Source of the DNA: Eledone cirrhosa
Taxonomy: Eukaryota
Length of the DNA stretch: 64,000 nt
Direction of reading: 5' to 3'
Assembly (NCBI GenBank): GCA_964016885.1
Contig: OZ024742.1
Span: forward strand, 300,452,001 to 300,516,000
Part shown: piece after piece, positions 63,519 through 64,000 of the stretch
Position numbering within the stretch: position 1 is the first letter of the stretch
Layout of the letters: each line of letters begins with the position of its first letter
Translations under genes and position numbers: made by a program
Notes under the pieces: generated by a model
Database searches by the model: none
What the model saw: the letters and a program-made list of their open reading frames with translations, nothing else
Told to the model about the DNA's origin: nothing

Positions 63519-63689
63519 ATCCACAGCTTTCTGCATGAATTGAATAGATGGTGCTATATCGTGCATGGTGCAGCCACTGAGTGGACAGCAAATGTTCCAT
63601 GGCTTCTGCTGTCTATTAGTATCCAGTAACAGTTCTTCAGCCAACGTGTCTATCAACATCACGCTATCCATGAGGTAGGTTTCGTACAG
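63519..63689 (-). CDS. iGluR/IR25a-like receptor, first exon in window (amino-terminal domain; LYETYLMDSVMLIDTLAEE...FMQKAVD, 57 codons)
   Basis: tttctAG acceptor, GTgagt donor, 171 nt open frame, phase 0/0, compatible with the next exon. Not in the ORF track; translated by hand. Confidence 0.75.
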
Positions 63690-64000
63690 CTAGAAATACA
63701 ATACAAACAGTAAAATATAGGAAACATCCAGGTTTACTATTTTAATAGAATTTTTATAAAATGTTTATTAGTATGACACCCTAATACTAAAATATCTTCC
63801 ACATAAGGGATGTTATTTCTTCAACTACTCTCGGGTCCCAAATAATAGGGAGGTTGGAATAAGTGGGAGTGGGTGTGGGGCTGTAATATTAAATAAACCT
63901 GTGATAAAATAACCAAGAACTGTAAGAGAAGAGTTTTGAAGAAGATATGGTTAAAAGTACGAATTCCTTAAATTTATGAAGAAATCGTAAGAGCAGTCAT

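Overview
AT-rich, microsatellite-saturated animal genomic DNA. A coleoid cephalopod such as Octopus is likely; this is inferred from the SINE types, (TA)n/(CA)n density and repeat families. One host gene crosses the window on the minus strand: eight exons (63689->602; 600 codons plus stop; all GT-AG and phase-compatible) of an ionotropic glutamate receptor-family gene of the IR25a/IR8a co-receptor type, with its 5' exons outside the window. Its 50.8-kb intron (6774-57543) holds five Penelope-like retroelements (PLEs; RT + GIY-YIG), one with an apparently complete 710-aa ORF. It also holds many short ORF-less PLE termini inserted into (TA)n tracts, often as inverted (hairpin) pseudo-LTR pairs. 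Reading these termini by hand gives more than 30 type I hammerhead ribozyme (HHR) motifs from roughly a dozen families. Three unrelated families carry a compensated U3-A8 catalytic core (UUGANAA instead of CUGANGA). One of these is a non-coding 591-bp tandem array with one HHR per unit, a retrozyme-like candidate circular-RNA producer. tRNA-derived SINEs, Helitron remnants, hAT and Tc1/mariner MITEs and LINE fragments are also present. Most short ORFs in the track are microsatellite noise. All structure calls are manual and untested.
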